DNA of 64,000 bases from the human T2T-CHM13v2.0 reference genome, Homo sapiens. The notes below the pieces were generated by a model, which worked only from the letters and a program-made list of their open reading frames with translations, was not told the DNA's origin and did not search any database. Of the stretch, positions 15,172-27,130 are shown piece by piece. How positions within the stretch are numbered: the stretch's first letter is position 1; each line of letters begins with the position of its first letter. A program made the translations under genes and the position numbers. Location: assembly GCF_009914755.1 (NCBI RefSeq), contig NC_060930.1. One strand, written 5' to 3'.

Positions 15172-15494
15172 TATTTTTTTGTTGTTGTTTTTGTTTTTAA
15201 GTAAAAGACGAAAAATTCTAGTATATAACGTAAAGAAGCGGCAGAAGTGGCTTAGAATTTGAATTTTTTATGACTTACGTAACTCATTTCATGGAGGGAA
15301 TCCTCCCTTAGATTCCACTGATTTAAAGGAGTCTTTTTTTGTAAGGTGGCATTTATTGCCTATTCAACAGGCATTTCCTATTTCCTTCTTTCATGCTTAA
15401 AGATTTTCTGTGCGGCCGTTAGTAGTGACTTTGATATCGCTACACAAATGAGGTACTTCTTTTTCCCATGGTCATGTGGTGACTTTCTCAACCT

Positions 15495-15845
15495 CCATTG
15501 CAATGTAAGTGTGGTCATTTGACCAACTGTTTCCAATGAGATGTAAGGGTAAATTTGATGGGGCTTTGGGGAAAGCTAACTTACTATGATATAAAGTAAG
15601 GTCCATTTTTGCCTTGTTCCCAAGCACTTCGTTACTGCTTAAAGATGAATTCAAGCACTCTATAGGAAATGTGAACAGAATTGCAGAAGTAACTTCCCAG
15701 TAGCTCTACAGTGTTGAGCAATTGAAGCATTGCCAATTATTTTCTATGTTCAGAATACTTGTTCATGACACAAAATAAGCCCATCTCGATGAAGCCACTC
15801 TTAGTTGAGTATTATATTGAGGGAAACTTCTTGCAAACTAATACA
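15495..15845. mobile_element. Old MaLR (MLT1-type) LTR fragment
   Basis: gtgtggtcatttgacc...ccaatgagatgtaagg...ggggaaagct resembles MLT1 LTRs. Confidence 0.5.
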
Positions 15846-16534
15846 ATTGCACATATACACACATATCATTTCAATAAACTGATTGCTTGATTCCTTAGTT
15901 TGTGTTTATGGACAAAAATCAAGTGGTATTATTTCAATACCATTAAGTACCTGGATTTTTTTACTCTACCTAATTATTTAGGATTTCTATCCACTTCTTT
16001 CCCTGGAGATACTCCTCAGTTGTTTCTATTATGTTTGTCCATAGATAGTCTCTCAGCTACAGTTACTACAAGGCATTATATCCATTTATCTCATGAACTG
16101 CTTTCCATTTATCAGTGTATATTCATCAAGAAGCCACTTGAAGGAGAACAATTATTGCTACTACTTAGTGCACTTCATGAGAGTGTAAATGATTGTGCCA
16201 CAAAAATATTTCTCAAGATCATCAATCCATGAAACAAAAATGGTCCTCTGTCCCCCCCAATATAGTAGAGCATAGTTTGATCCCTAACACAGTGTAACCT
16301 TTGAAACATGGGCTATCAAATACATTGTTGTTTCCCTGGACCCAAAAAATGTCCCCACAAATTAAACAGGCATCTGCTCCCTTAATTACTTTTTCCATAA
16401 AAGTGTGGCTGTTAATATACAAATAAAAGAAATGGCATTATTATTTTTTCAAATAATATAATATTTTGTCTGAGAATAAATTCAAATTATAGAAGATTGA
16501 GTATCATTTAATCCCATTAAAACATGCCAAGGAC

Positions 16535-16665
16535 TATATATTTATATAGATCTAAAATATATATATATATATAAAATCTACATTTTTAAATGTATATACT
16601 ATGTGTTAAATATATATTATATATAAATATTATATATTTTAAATATATATTATATATTATAAATA
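16535..16665. repeat. AT-rich (TA)n low-complexity tract
   Basis: Runs of tatata and atattatata. Confidence 0.75.
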
Positions 16666-17184
16666 TCTATCCACATCTGCCTTTATTTATCTAACAATCT
16701 AATACTGTATATGCATAGGAAAAACTTGAATGCATAGGAAATTGCTCTCTAGTGGCACTGGAAATGGTTTTAGAGGCCAATGTGTGAAGAAAATAGACAT
16801 TTATTCCCTACATAATGTATTTACTAACATTCTTTTTATTGAACTTCTATGTTTTATTACATTTAAAAGAAAATAAAAATGAAGCTACTCTTAATGCAAG
16901 CAATTGGTAAACTGGACTCAAATTTAATCTTACCAATATCTACATTTATACTTATATAATCAATCAATAATATAAAATGATATCTGATTTTGAAAATGGA
17001 AAACGAGAATTCTATAACCTTTCCCTTAAGGACAAATATCAAATATGAGATTAAAAAATACATGAAGGTATTAGATATCCAAAAGGCAGTGAAGAATAAC
17101 AGAACCAGGGGGAACTAAGAGAAGTCAGCAATCTAGAGAGGTAAGGTTGACTACTGTGAGCCATTTTTCTCCTAAAGGTGTTTT

Positions 17185-18740
17185 TCTTTTTCTTTTCTTT
17201 GTTAAATTTCCGTAGCTTTAGTGGTGCAAGTGGTTTTTGGTTACACGGATGCATTGTTTAGAGGAGAAGTTTGAGATTTTAGTGCACTCATCACCACAGT
17301 AGTGTACATTGTACAGAATATGTAGTTTATATCCTTCACCCCTCTCAAGCCCTCCTCCCTTGTGAGTCTCCAATGTCCATTACACTGGCTCATATGCTAT
17401 TGTATACTCATTGCTTAGCTCCCACTTATAAGTGAGAATATGCAATATTGGGTTCTCCATTTCCAGAGTTACTTCACTTAGAATAATGGCCTTCGGTTTC
17501 ATCCAAGTAGCTTTAAAAGGCATTATTTTATCATTTATTATGGATGAGTAGAACTCCATGGTGTATATATACCACATTTTCTTTATCCATTCGTAGGTTG
17601 ATAGGTACTTAGGTTGGCTCCATATCTTTGCAATTGCAAATTGCATACTGATAACTATATGTGTGCAGATGTCTTTTTTACATAATTACTTCCTTTGGGT
17701 AGATACCTAGTAGTGGGATTGCTGAATTGAATGGTAGATCTTCTTTTAATTCTATGAGAAATCTCCATTTTGTTTTTCACTGAGATTGTACTAATTTACA
17801 TTACCATCAGCAGCATATAAGTGTATAAGTGTTTACTTTTTACCACATCTATGCTAAAATCTGTTGTTTTTTGAATTTTTAATAATTACCATTCTGGCTG
17901 GGGTAAAGCAGTATATTATTCTTTTTTTAATTTGCATCCCCCTGATGATTCGTGATGTTGAGCATTTTTTCATATGTTTGTTGGCCATTTTTATATCTTC
18001 TTTTGGGAAATGTTTATTTATGTAATTTGCCCACTTTTTGATGGAATTATTTGTTTGTTTGTTTGTTTTATTGCTGATCTGAGTCCCTTATGAATTCTGG
18101 GCATTAGTCCTTTGTCAGATGCATAGTTTGCAAATATCTTTTCCCATTCTGTGGGTTGTCTTCTCACTCTGATAATTATTTCTTTTGCTGTGGAGAAGCT
18201 TTTCAGTTTAATTAGGTTCCATGTATTTATTTTTGTTTTCGTTGCATTTGCTTTTTTGGTCTTAGTCAAAAATTCTTTGCCTAGGCTAATGTCCAGAAGA
18301 GTTTATCCTAGGTTTTCTGCTAGAATTTTTATGATTTCAGGTCTTAGAAATAAATATGTGATTCATCTTGAGTTGATTTTGCACACAGTGAGAGACGGGA
18401 ATCAAGTTTCATTTTTTTCTACATGCGCTATCCAGCTTTCCCAGCACCATTTATTGAATAGGCTGTCCTTTCCCCAATTTATGTTCTTGTATTCTTTGTT
18501 GAAAACAAGTTTGTTGTAAATATTTGACTTTATTTCTGGGTTATAGGTTCCATTGCTCTATGCATCTACTTTTATATCAGTATCATGCTGTTTTATTTAC
18601 TATAGCCTTGTAGTATAATTTGAAGCTGTGTAATGTGATGCCTCTACATTTGTTCTTTTTGCTTAGAATTGCTTTGGCTTTGGGTTCTTTTTTTGTTCCA
18701 TATAGATTTTAGGATTTTTTTCCTAATATTTGAAATAATT
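17185..18740 (-). mobile_element. L1 3' portion (L1PB-like), 5' truncated
   Basis: Minus ORFs 17380-17646 (WIKKMWYIYTMEFYS) and 18018-18269 ([14 protein letters not shown]...EWEKIFANY) match the L1 ORF2 C-terminus; T-rich tail at ~17180-17200. Confidence 0.93.
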
Positions 18741-20239
18741 TTTGTTCAATCAAATTTTTTGATAATAAAACTCATGCTAAAGAGAAAAAAATAAACTGGA
18801 TTAAATATGCTTATAAATCCGCAGTATTTACAAATCTAAATAAAAAACTTTGTACTATTTTACGTATCTATTCTAAGCTTAAATTAAGTTTTAATTTTAA
18901 GCTATAACATTATTATAATCTTAAGAGACATATCTTAAGAGACACTTGAGAATCATTGTAAACCTGTGGAACTAGAATAAGCCATTTATATTTGCATTTA
19001 TTTATATTATCCTATGGAGAGAGTACCAAGTATTCATTTTGAATCTGCTAAAATAGAACATTAGGATGTTATATTATCATTTCAGCATGGAACCTATTTG
19101 AAAAATGGTTTTTTCACTGGGAATTATGACAAAATGTACTTTATTCTTTCATTGACAAGTGCATATATCACAGCATGTTTTATTTGGGTATAAAACATGA
19201 ATCACCAATGGGATATGGGGATATGGGTATAGGTTTGTGTTTATGTGTCTTTGTAATGAAATCTAATGTGACTGGCTTTTAAAATTCAAATATTGAGTAT
19301 TAAAGACACTTTACATCTCTTGTATAAAACTAACTTAGAAATATTTGGACATTTTTCTTTTCCATTCAATTACTCTTGCATGAATAATTTGTAATACACT
19401 CACAAAAATATAAATAGAAAAAAACTGAGGAGCTAAATACTTAGCTCATGACTCTACTAATTAATACTTTTCTTTGGGCTTTTGTTTTCTTTTACAATGG
19501 CTTCTTTGAATTTATAATAAAGCAAAGAATTTTCCTTGTGATTTAATATCCAATGATACATTTTATTGAAGACTTTGGAATAACGGTGAGGTCTCGTTGA
19601 TGACAGAGATTTTACTGGGACCTTGAAGGAGGGCTAAAGTAAGACACGGTCACACAGTTCTAAGAAAAGCTTCCTAACAACTTTCACAAAAACTCTGGGA
19701 TGGGGTTATAATAGACATGATTGCTATTTGTATTGCCCACATTTTGAGGTATAATAAATTTTAGATATTAAATGATTTCTCCAATGCCACAGCTCTTTAA
19801 AGTATCAGACTCAAATCCCAAATCCAGGATTTCTAATTGCACACTCTTATCATTTTACCAAGAGTGCCTGAAAAAATGACTTTGGTAATGGCTTTTCATT
19901 CTTCTTCTTTTTTCTTTTTGTAGTAAAATTCTTTTTTAAAACTCACTAGACAATTGTATAATATAATTAAAATCGTGAGTGTTGATTTAAAGTTTAAATA
20001 TGTACATTACTTGGTTGCAGTGATATTGAATGTTAAAGCAACTGAACATGTATGTTAATGAATATTAAGAACCAGGGCTCTTCCATGTTAATCCCAAAGA
20101 AATAAAAGTTAAAAGAAAGTGTTGCACCTCCTTTTAGATGCTGATAATTCAGTCATATTGATTACTGGCACAGGTAGGAGCTATTGCAAGAAATGCTGCA
20201 TATCCCCTGGCCAGAGAAAATATTAAAAGGTATAAGCCA

Positions 20240-21100
20240 ATACGATCACTATTTTAAGGCATAACTTGTCCCATATCTGACCAGCGGGAGCCTCTTCAAG
20301 CTGGCTCCCTGATTTAAAAAAAATTTTTTTTCAATCAGAAGATAAAATAGTATGTATTTATTATGTACAACATAATATAATATATATGCATTATAGAATA
20401 GTTAAATCTAGTTAATGAAAAGGTGCATTACCTCATTTGCCCTCCTTTTTAGTTTCTGGAATAGCAAGTTGTTGTTAACTCATAAGATGCTTTTTATGCC
20501 TCAGTTCTGGAATCATTCAAATCTTTAAGGAGCCAGATACTACATACTTTAGAATGATATTTATAAGCCAATGATGGTAAGATACTCATTGCTACTTGCA
20601 CACCATTGCTTCTACATCTTATCAGCAAAGTATTTACAGATTATGTGTAGATCATCTATAAACTATCTATCTCTCAATTTCTCTATTTATCTATCTATAA
20701 AGTAGGTATACATTATATGTTTATAAATGTACGTATACATTTATATAATTATTTATATATACATATACATATAGTTATTTAATACACATAATAATTATTC
20801 AATAAAAATAATAATACATATACATATAATTATTTATACATACACTTAAGGATCTATGTTTAAAGCCAGGAATTCCCATAATTCCAAACCAGCATCTCGG
20901 AGTTTGTTCTGATTTTTCCCCTTTATAAAACAATTTGCACCTCCCTTTCCCAACAGTGAGAAATGCACATATTATTATCTTCAATAATATTACTCATTTG
21001 CTCAGACTCACACTATGCAGCAGTTTTATGATTGCTAAACAATACTCCAGAGAGTATCAAACTTAGAAACTAAAAAGTAATATTTGCTTGTAGTCATTTT
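20240..21100 (-). mobile_element. Old L1MC-like 3' fragments with a small L1MA-type tail inserted (~20325-20435)
   Basis: gggagcctcttcaagctggctcc and ctggaatca...ctttaaggagcc motifs. Confidence 0.5.
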
Positions 21101-21144
21101 ACATTTAGGTATTTGCTTATGACTTAGTATTCATTTACATATAT

Positions 21145-21591
21145 ACTTTTTTCTTGAGCAACACGGGTTTGAAATGTACAGGACAACTTATACATAGATC
21201 TCCTTCTGGCTTTGCCACATCTGAGGCAAGACCAAACCTACTGCTTTTCCTCCTCGGCCTACTCAATGTGAAGATGATGAGGATGAAGACATTTATGATG
21301 ATCTGCTTCAACTTGATAAATAGTAAATATATTTTTTCTTTTTTATGATTTTCTTTTTTTCATTTTTATAGCAACATTTTTACAGCTTACTTAATTGTAA
21401 GAATACAGGTAATAATGCATATAACATAAAATACAAAATCTGTGTTAATTGACTTTATTGTTTTCAATAAGGCTTCTGGTGATCAGCAGGCTATTAGCAG
21501 TTAAGTTTTTGGGAAATCAAAAGTTATGTGTGGGTTTCTGACTACACAAGTTCAGCAACCCTAATACCCATGTTGTTCAAGGTTCAACTCT
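21145..21591 (+). mobile_element. Tigger2a (MER28) TcMar DNA transposon
   Basis: CTTGAGCAACACGGGTTTGAA start, GAAGATGATGAGGATGAAGAC core, TGTTGTTCAAGGTTCAACT end form the terminal inverted repeats and body of Tigger2a. Confidence 0.85.
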
Positions 21592-21745
21592 AGTTGAGTG
21601 CACTTTATTTCTTATTAGCACTTATATATGTTAAGTGTAATGCACAAATCTTAAGTGTGCTCTTAGATGAAGTTTGAAATATTCATTTGTCTGTGTAACC
21701 CATACTCAAGAAAATTCAGTTCATAACAACATAAAATGTTACCTC

Positions 21746-22366
21746 TGTATATAAAAGAAAGATCTGCACTCCAATGTTTATTGCAGCACTATTCACAATA
21801 GCCAAGATATGGAATAAAACAAAGTGTCCATCAGTGGATGAATGAATAAAGAAAATGTGGTTTATATGCACAATGAAATATTATTCAGCTGAAAAGATGG
21901 AAATCCTGTCATTTTCAGCAACATGGATGGAACTGGAAGACATTATGTTCAGTAAAATAATCCAGGCACACAGAGACAAATATCACATATTTTCACTCAT
22001 ATATGGGAGCTAAAACAATTAACCTTATGGAGGTAGGAAGTAGAATGATTGTTACCAGAAGCCAGGAAGGGTAGTGGGAAAAGGGTATAAAGAGGGGTTA
22101 GTTAATAAGTGAGAGATATACACTGAAATAGAAAGAACCATATCTAGTGTTTTATAGCACAATAGGATATCCACAGTTAACAACAATTTATTGTATATAT
22201 CAAAAGAACTAGAAAAACGGAATGGGAATGTTCCCAACAGAAATAAATGATAAATATTTGAAGTGGTGGATATCCCAATTACCCTAATTTGATTATTACC
22301 CATAAGATTGTATCAAAATATCACATGTACCCCATAAAAACATAGAACTATTATGTATCCATAAAT
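21746..22366 (+). mobile_element. L1MA-type 3' end
   Basis: atgtttattgcagcactattcacaatagccaag...atcacatgtacccc: L1 ORF2 end and 3'UTR. Confidence 0.88.
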
Positions 22367-22367
22367 A

Positions 22368-25300
22368 TTTTTATTTCTTATTTAAATCAGTTTTATTTAA
22401 GAATTTTCAATATTGACAACTCTTATAAAAAGCATCCAAGCATGGGACACAGAACTGCAGCTAGCACCAGTCTTATGGGTAGCTAACAGACATTAGAACT
22501 TCAACCCTTCTTTGAGATGCCTGACCTCACTCACGAACTCGGCTTCCAAGTACTCCTGCAAAGCACACAAGTTCAGTCCATGTTCTCAGTGTTCTCCCAA
22601 CAGCTTCAGTTCGCATTAGCAAAATTACATATCAGTAACAGAAAGAAACACACACCATACAGCATTCACAGAACTTGACAAAGTGGTAGGGGGAATACAC
22701 GTATTGTTTCACTTAACGCATTCAACTAATGTGGGTTATATAAGAAAAAAGTCACTAAAAGTTTCACTTAAAGTTTTCCAACAGATGTGGATGTCCTTTG
22801 AATGCAAAACACATTCATACATTATTTGCTGTCATTGCTTTCTGCACACTCTCTCACCAAAGCCACAAGTTAGAGATATATGTCTTGCCAAGTTAAAAAG
22901 TATTCATTATGCTCCACTAAGTCTTTGCATGTGCTTTCTCCTTTTCTCGCTCATACTAGCTTTTCATGCCTTGGCACCACCATCAATCACACACAAAGTT
23001 GCAAAACTTCAAAAAGCTTTCTGATTCCATATTACAGCCTTGCATCCACAGCATTGATACAACTCCATGAAATAAACAGTAATGGATAAAAATGGGACAC
23101 CCACTGTCAAAGATGCGGCCTATGACACATGATGACAAATTATTGAATGAGAAAGCATGTAAACAGAAGTATACCTATGGCAAAATTTTACAGCACTACT
23201 TTCAATAAAGTACTTCCAGAAAAATTTGAAATGAGGTTAACTACAGAGATTAAATGAAGGCTTCATATTGAACTTTTGTATATGATGGTGTAATAGTTCA
23301 TTTTCACGTGGCTGATAAAGACATATCCAAGTGTGGGTAATTTATAAAAAGAGATTTAATGGACAGTTCCACATGCCCGGGGATGCCTCACAATCATGGC
23401 AGAAGGTAAAAGACACTTCTTACATGGTGAGAAGAGAGAGAGAATGAAACCAAGCAAGAGTTTTCCCCTTATAAAACCATTAGATCTGGTGAGACATATT
23501 CAATACCTCCAGAACAATATGGGGAAAACTGCCCCTGTGATTCAGTTATCTCCCACTGGGTCCTGCCCACAACACATGGGAATTATGGGAACCACAGTTC
23601 AAGATGAGATTTGGGTGGAGACACAGGCAAACCATATCTTTCTGCACCTAGCCTTTCTCAAATCTCATGTCCTTACATTTCAAAACCAATCATTCTTTCC
23701 CAACAGTCCTCCAAAGTCTTCACTAATTTCAGCATTAACTTAAAAGTCCACAGTCTGAAGTCTCATCTGAGACAAGGCAAGTCCCTTTGGCCTATGAGCC
23801 TGTAAAATCAAAAGCAAGTTAGTTACTTCCTGCATACAATGGGGTACAGGCATTTGGATAAATACACTCACTCCAAATTGGAAAAATGAGCCAAAACAAA
23901 GTGGCTAAAGGCCCCATGCAAGCCCAAAATCCAGCAGGGCAGTCAAATATTAAAGCTCCAAAATGATCTCCTTTGACTCCATGTCTCACATCCAGGTCAA
24001 GCTGATGCAAAAGGTGGGTTCACATGGTCCTGGTCAGCTCTACCCCTGTGGCTTTGCAGAGTACAGCCTCTCTCCAGGCTGCTTTCAGAGGCTGGCATTG
24101 AGTGTCTGTGGCTTTTCCAGGTGCATGATGGAAGCTGTCAGTGGATCTACCATTATGGGGTCTGGAGGATGGTGGTGCTCTTCTCACAGCTCCACTAGGC
24201 AGTGCCCCAGTAGGGACTCTACGTGGGACTCCCACCCCACATTTCCTTTCCACAATGCCCTAACAGAGGTTCTCCATGAGAGCCCCACCCCTGCAGCAAA
24301 CATCTGCTTGGATATCCATGTTTTTCCATACATTCTCTGAAATTGAGGCAGAGGTTCCCAAACCCCAATTCTTGGCTTCTGTGTACCCGCAGGCTCAGCA
24401 CCACGTGGAAGCTGAAAAGGCTTGTGACTTACATCCTCTGAAGCCATGGTCAGACTGTACCTTAGCCCCTTTTAGCCATGGCTAGAGTGGCTGGGATGCA
24501 GGGCACCAAGTACAAGTCTGTATATAGCAGGCAGGGGCTCCTGGGTCCAGCTCACAAAACCATTTTTTTCTCCTAGGCCTCTGGGCCTATTATGGGAGGG
24601 GCTGCCATAAATAGCTCTGACATGCCCTGCAGACATTTTTCCCATTGTCTTGGTGGTTAACTTTTGGCTCCTCATTACTTATGTACATTTCTGCAGCAAC
24701 TTAAATTTTTCCTTAGAAAATGGCTGTTTCTTTTCTATTGCATGGTCAGGCTGCAAATTTTCCAAATTTTTATACTCTGTTTCCCTTTTAAAGCTGAATG
24801 CTGTTAACAGAACCCAACATTACCTCTTGAATGCTTTGGTACTTAGAAATTTCTTCTGCCAGATACCCTAAGTCATCTCCCTCAAGTTCAAAGTTTCACA
24901 AAATCTCTAGGGCAGACGCAAAATGCCAACAGTCTCTTTGCTAGACAATAGCAAGAGTCACCTTTACTCCAATTCCTGACAAGTTCCTCATCTCCATCTG
25001 AGACCACCTCAGCCTGGATTTCATTGTCCATCTCATTATCAGTATTTTGGTCAAAGCCATTCAACAAGTCTCTAGAAAGTTCCAAACTTTCCCCCATTTT
25101 CTTGTCTTCTTCTGAGCCCTCCAAAGTATTCCAATCTCTGCCTGTTACCCAGTTCCAAAGTCACTGCCACAGTTTTGGGTATCTTCAGAGAAGCACCCCA
25201 CTCTACCAGTACCAATTTACTGTATTAGTCTGTTTTCAGGCTGCTGATAAAGACATACCCAAGACTGGGTATTTTATAAAGAAAAAGCAGTTTAATGGAC

Positions 25301-27130
25301 TCACAGTTCCATGTGGCTGGGGAGGTCTCACAATCATGGCAGAAGGCTAAAGGCACTTCTTACCTGGCAGTAGCAAGAGAGAATGAAAGCAAGCAAAAAG
25401 GATTTCCCCTTATAAAACCATCACATCTGGTGAGACTTGTTCACTACCTTGAGAACAGTATGGGGAAACTGCTCCCATGATTCAATTATTTCCCACTGGG
25501 TCCTTCCCACAACACATGGAAATTGTGGGAGCTACAATTCAAGATGAGATTTGTAAAAACGAAAACAAAAGAACTAAACACTTGACACCATGATCTCTCC
25601 AAAAGAGATTTTCTTAAGGAAAAAAAATTCATATGATGGGGTTTAAATTAAAACAAGAAGAAAAGAATATAGTTTAATCAATGGTTTCCATTTTGAATGA
25701 GGACAGAATTGACATGTCCACGGATAAAATGTTATAGAGGAATCCTTTTGATATCAATTATATACTATTTATTTGTCAAGTTAGGCTAACACATTTCACT
25801 TTCAATCACTCAATATTTCAACCCTTTATGTAACAAAATTTATAAAATCCCATTAGCTATTCCTCTTTTTTTAAAGAAAAATGTTAAAAATACTGCTGAA
25901 TATACTCCACATGTGACAAACCAATTTTGAAAGTTCTTAGTACATATGTATTTTATGTATACTTACCATGAGTTTAGAAAAATTTGTAATTTCACCGTTT
26001 GATTCCAACCAACCATACCCCCCAAGTCTGTATTTTCCAGCCAGAAGACTTAGAACCCATACTTGAGCTAAAGTCTCAGTTAAAACCACTGCCTGACCCT
26101 GCAGTTCATTCCACCCTCCATGTTCTACCTTGATTGTTTCTCAGGTCTGCTCCACTCCCACTACAGTTACCAAATCCGCTCTGATTCCCAAAGCTACCTG
26201 GAAACCACCAAATCTTCCACCTTTTTCTGTCTATTGCTATTGTGCTTACACTTGCATTGGATATATGTATGCTGATTCCCTTAATAATCAAGTCCTCTCC
26301 ACAAAGAGACTGGGCAAGCTAATCATCTGCAATGTAAGAAAGGCAAAGTCCCTGAATGGTTTGGAAATGAAGACATCTATCACTTCTCTGCAATGACCAA
26401 AGAACTGCTGCAGCTTATCAGAATTCATAATCTCTGTACAACACCCCACAAACATCTTTTTGCTTCTCAAAGTCTCATTCAGTGTTTGCTTTAGAGTTAG
26501 GAACTGTACAGTCACACCATCATCTATCTGTCTTATGTTGCTGTGACATTCTTTCACCTGGGTTTCATATTTTATAAAATGAACAAAGCCAAACCCCTTT
26601 GAATAGCCAGTTCTAACATCCTTCTTGACCTGAACCATAAGAATTTCTCCAAAGGTACTGAAATATTCTTTCAGATCCTGTTCAGTTGTTTTCCATGGGA
26701 GACCCAACACTGCTAAAGCAGATGTTTTCTGGACTGCTCTTTTCACTTTTATGGCTAATGAAGTATCTGTCTTTTCCCTTTTTCTGTAGTTATCTACAGA
26801 ATAGTTGACAACGTACACCAAATTTCCCCAGCCAGCACTGGGGGCATGCAGAATTCCTTCTACCAGCAGACACTCCTAATACCTGAGACACTGGAATCCT
26901 GTAGGGGAGCCCACATGCCCCTGGAAACTGGACTGTAACCGTGGGCAGCAGCACTGTTCTATCATCTTCTGATGGTATTTCAATGGGCTCATAATTCTTG
27001 TCTCTAGTTACCTGAATACATGCAGATATTTTTTATTTTTCTGCTAGGCCACTGCTAGGAAGCCCAGTAGGGCCACTGAGGCAGCTACAGATCCAACAGC
27101 AGCCCAGCTACTTCTTCTTTCTCACAAAAT
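22368..27130 (-). pseudogene. TARDBP: Full-length processed pseudogene of TARDBP (TDP-43), interrupted by THE1B
   Basis: Intronless. 5'UTR from 27130 (ATTTTGTGAGAAAGAAG...GCTGGGCTG). CDS equivalent 27029-26028 with start ATG>ATA and stop TAG>CAG. ORF 26288-26821 gives [33 protein letters not shown] and KPFRDFAF; ORF 26106-26291 gives [12 protein letters not shown] and FGNQSGFGN. 3'UTR at 26027-25554 and 23288-22381, AATAAA at 22397-22392, degenerate A tail. The symbol is that of the parent gene; which TARDBPP locus this is cannot be determined here. Confidence 0.97.
23289..25553 (-). mobile_element. THE1B-type MaLR retroelement (LTR-internal-LTR)
   Basis: LTRs at 23289-23639 and 25221-25553 (reverse of ...AAATCTCATCTTGAATTGTAGCTCCC...GACTAATACA); ~1.58-kb THE1 internal region 23640-25220. 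Confidence 0.94.

Noticed and set aside
18918-18945. 14-bp tandem duplication ATCTTAAGAGACA(T) and similar micro-duplications (5-22, 31427-31458)
   Set aside because: Common slippage events with no further structure
23396-25480. Cluster of overlapping ORFs suggesting a gene
   Set aside because: All lie inside the THE1B LTRs or internal region; typical of that GC-richer repeat
26288-26821. Functional TDP-43 paralogue
   Set aside because: Start ATG lost, multiple frameshifts, in-frame stops, C-terminal deletion, no introns
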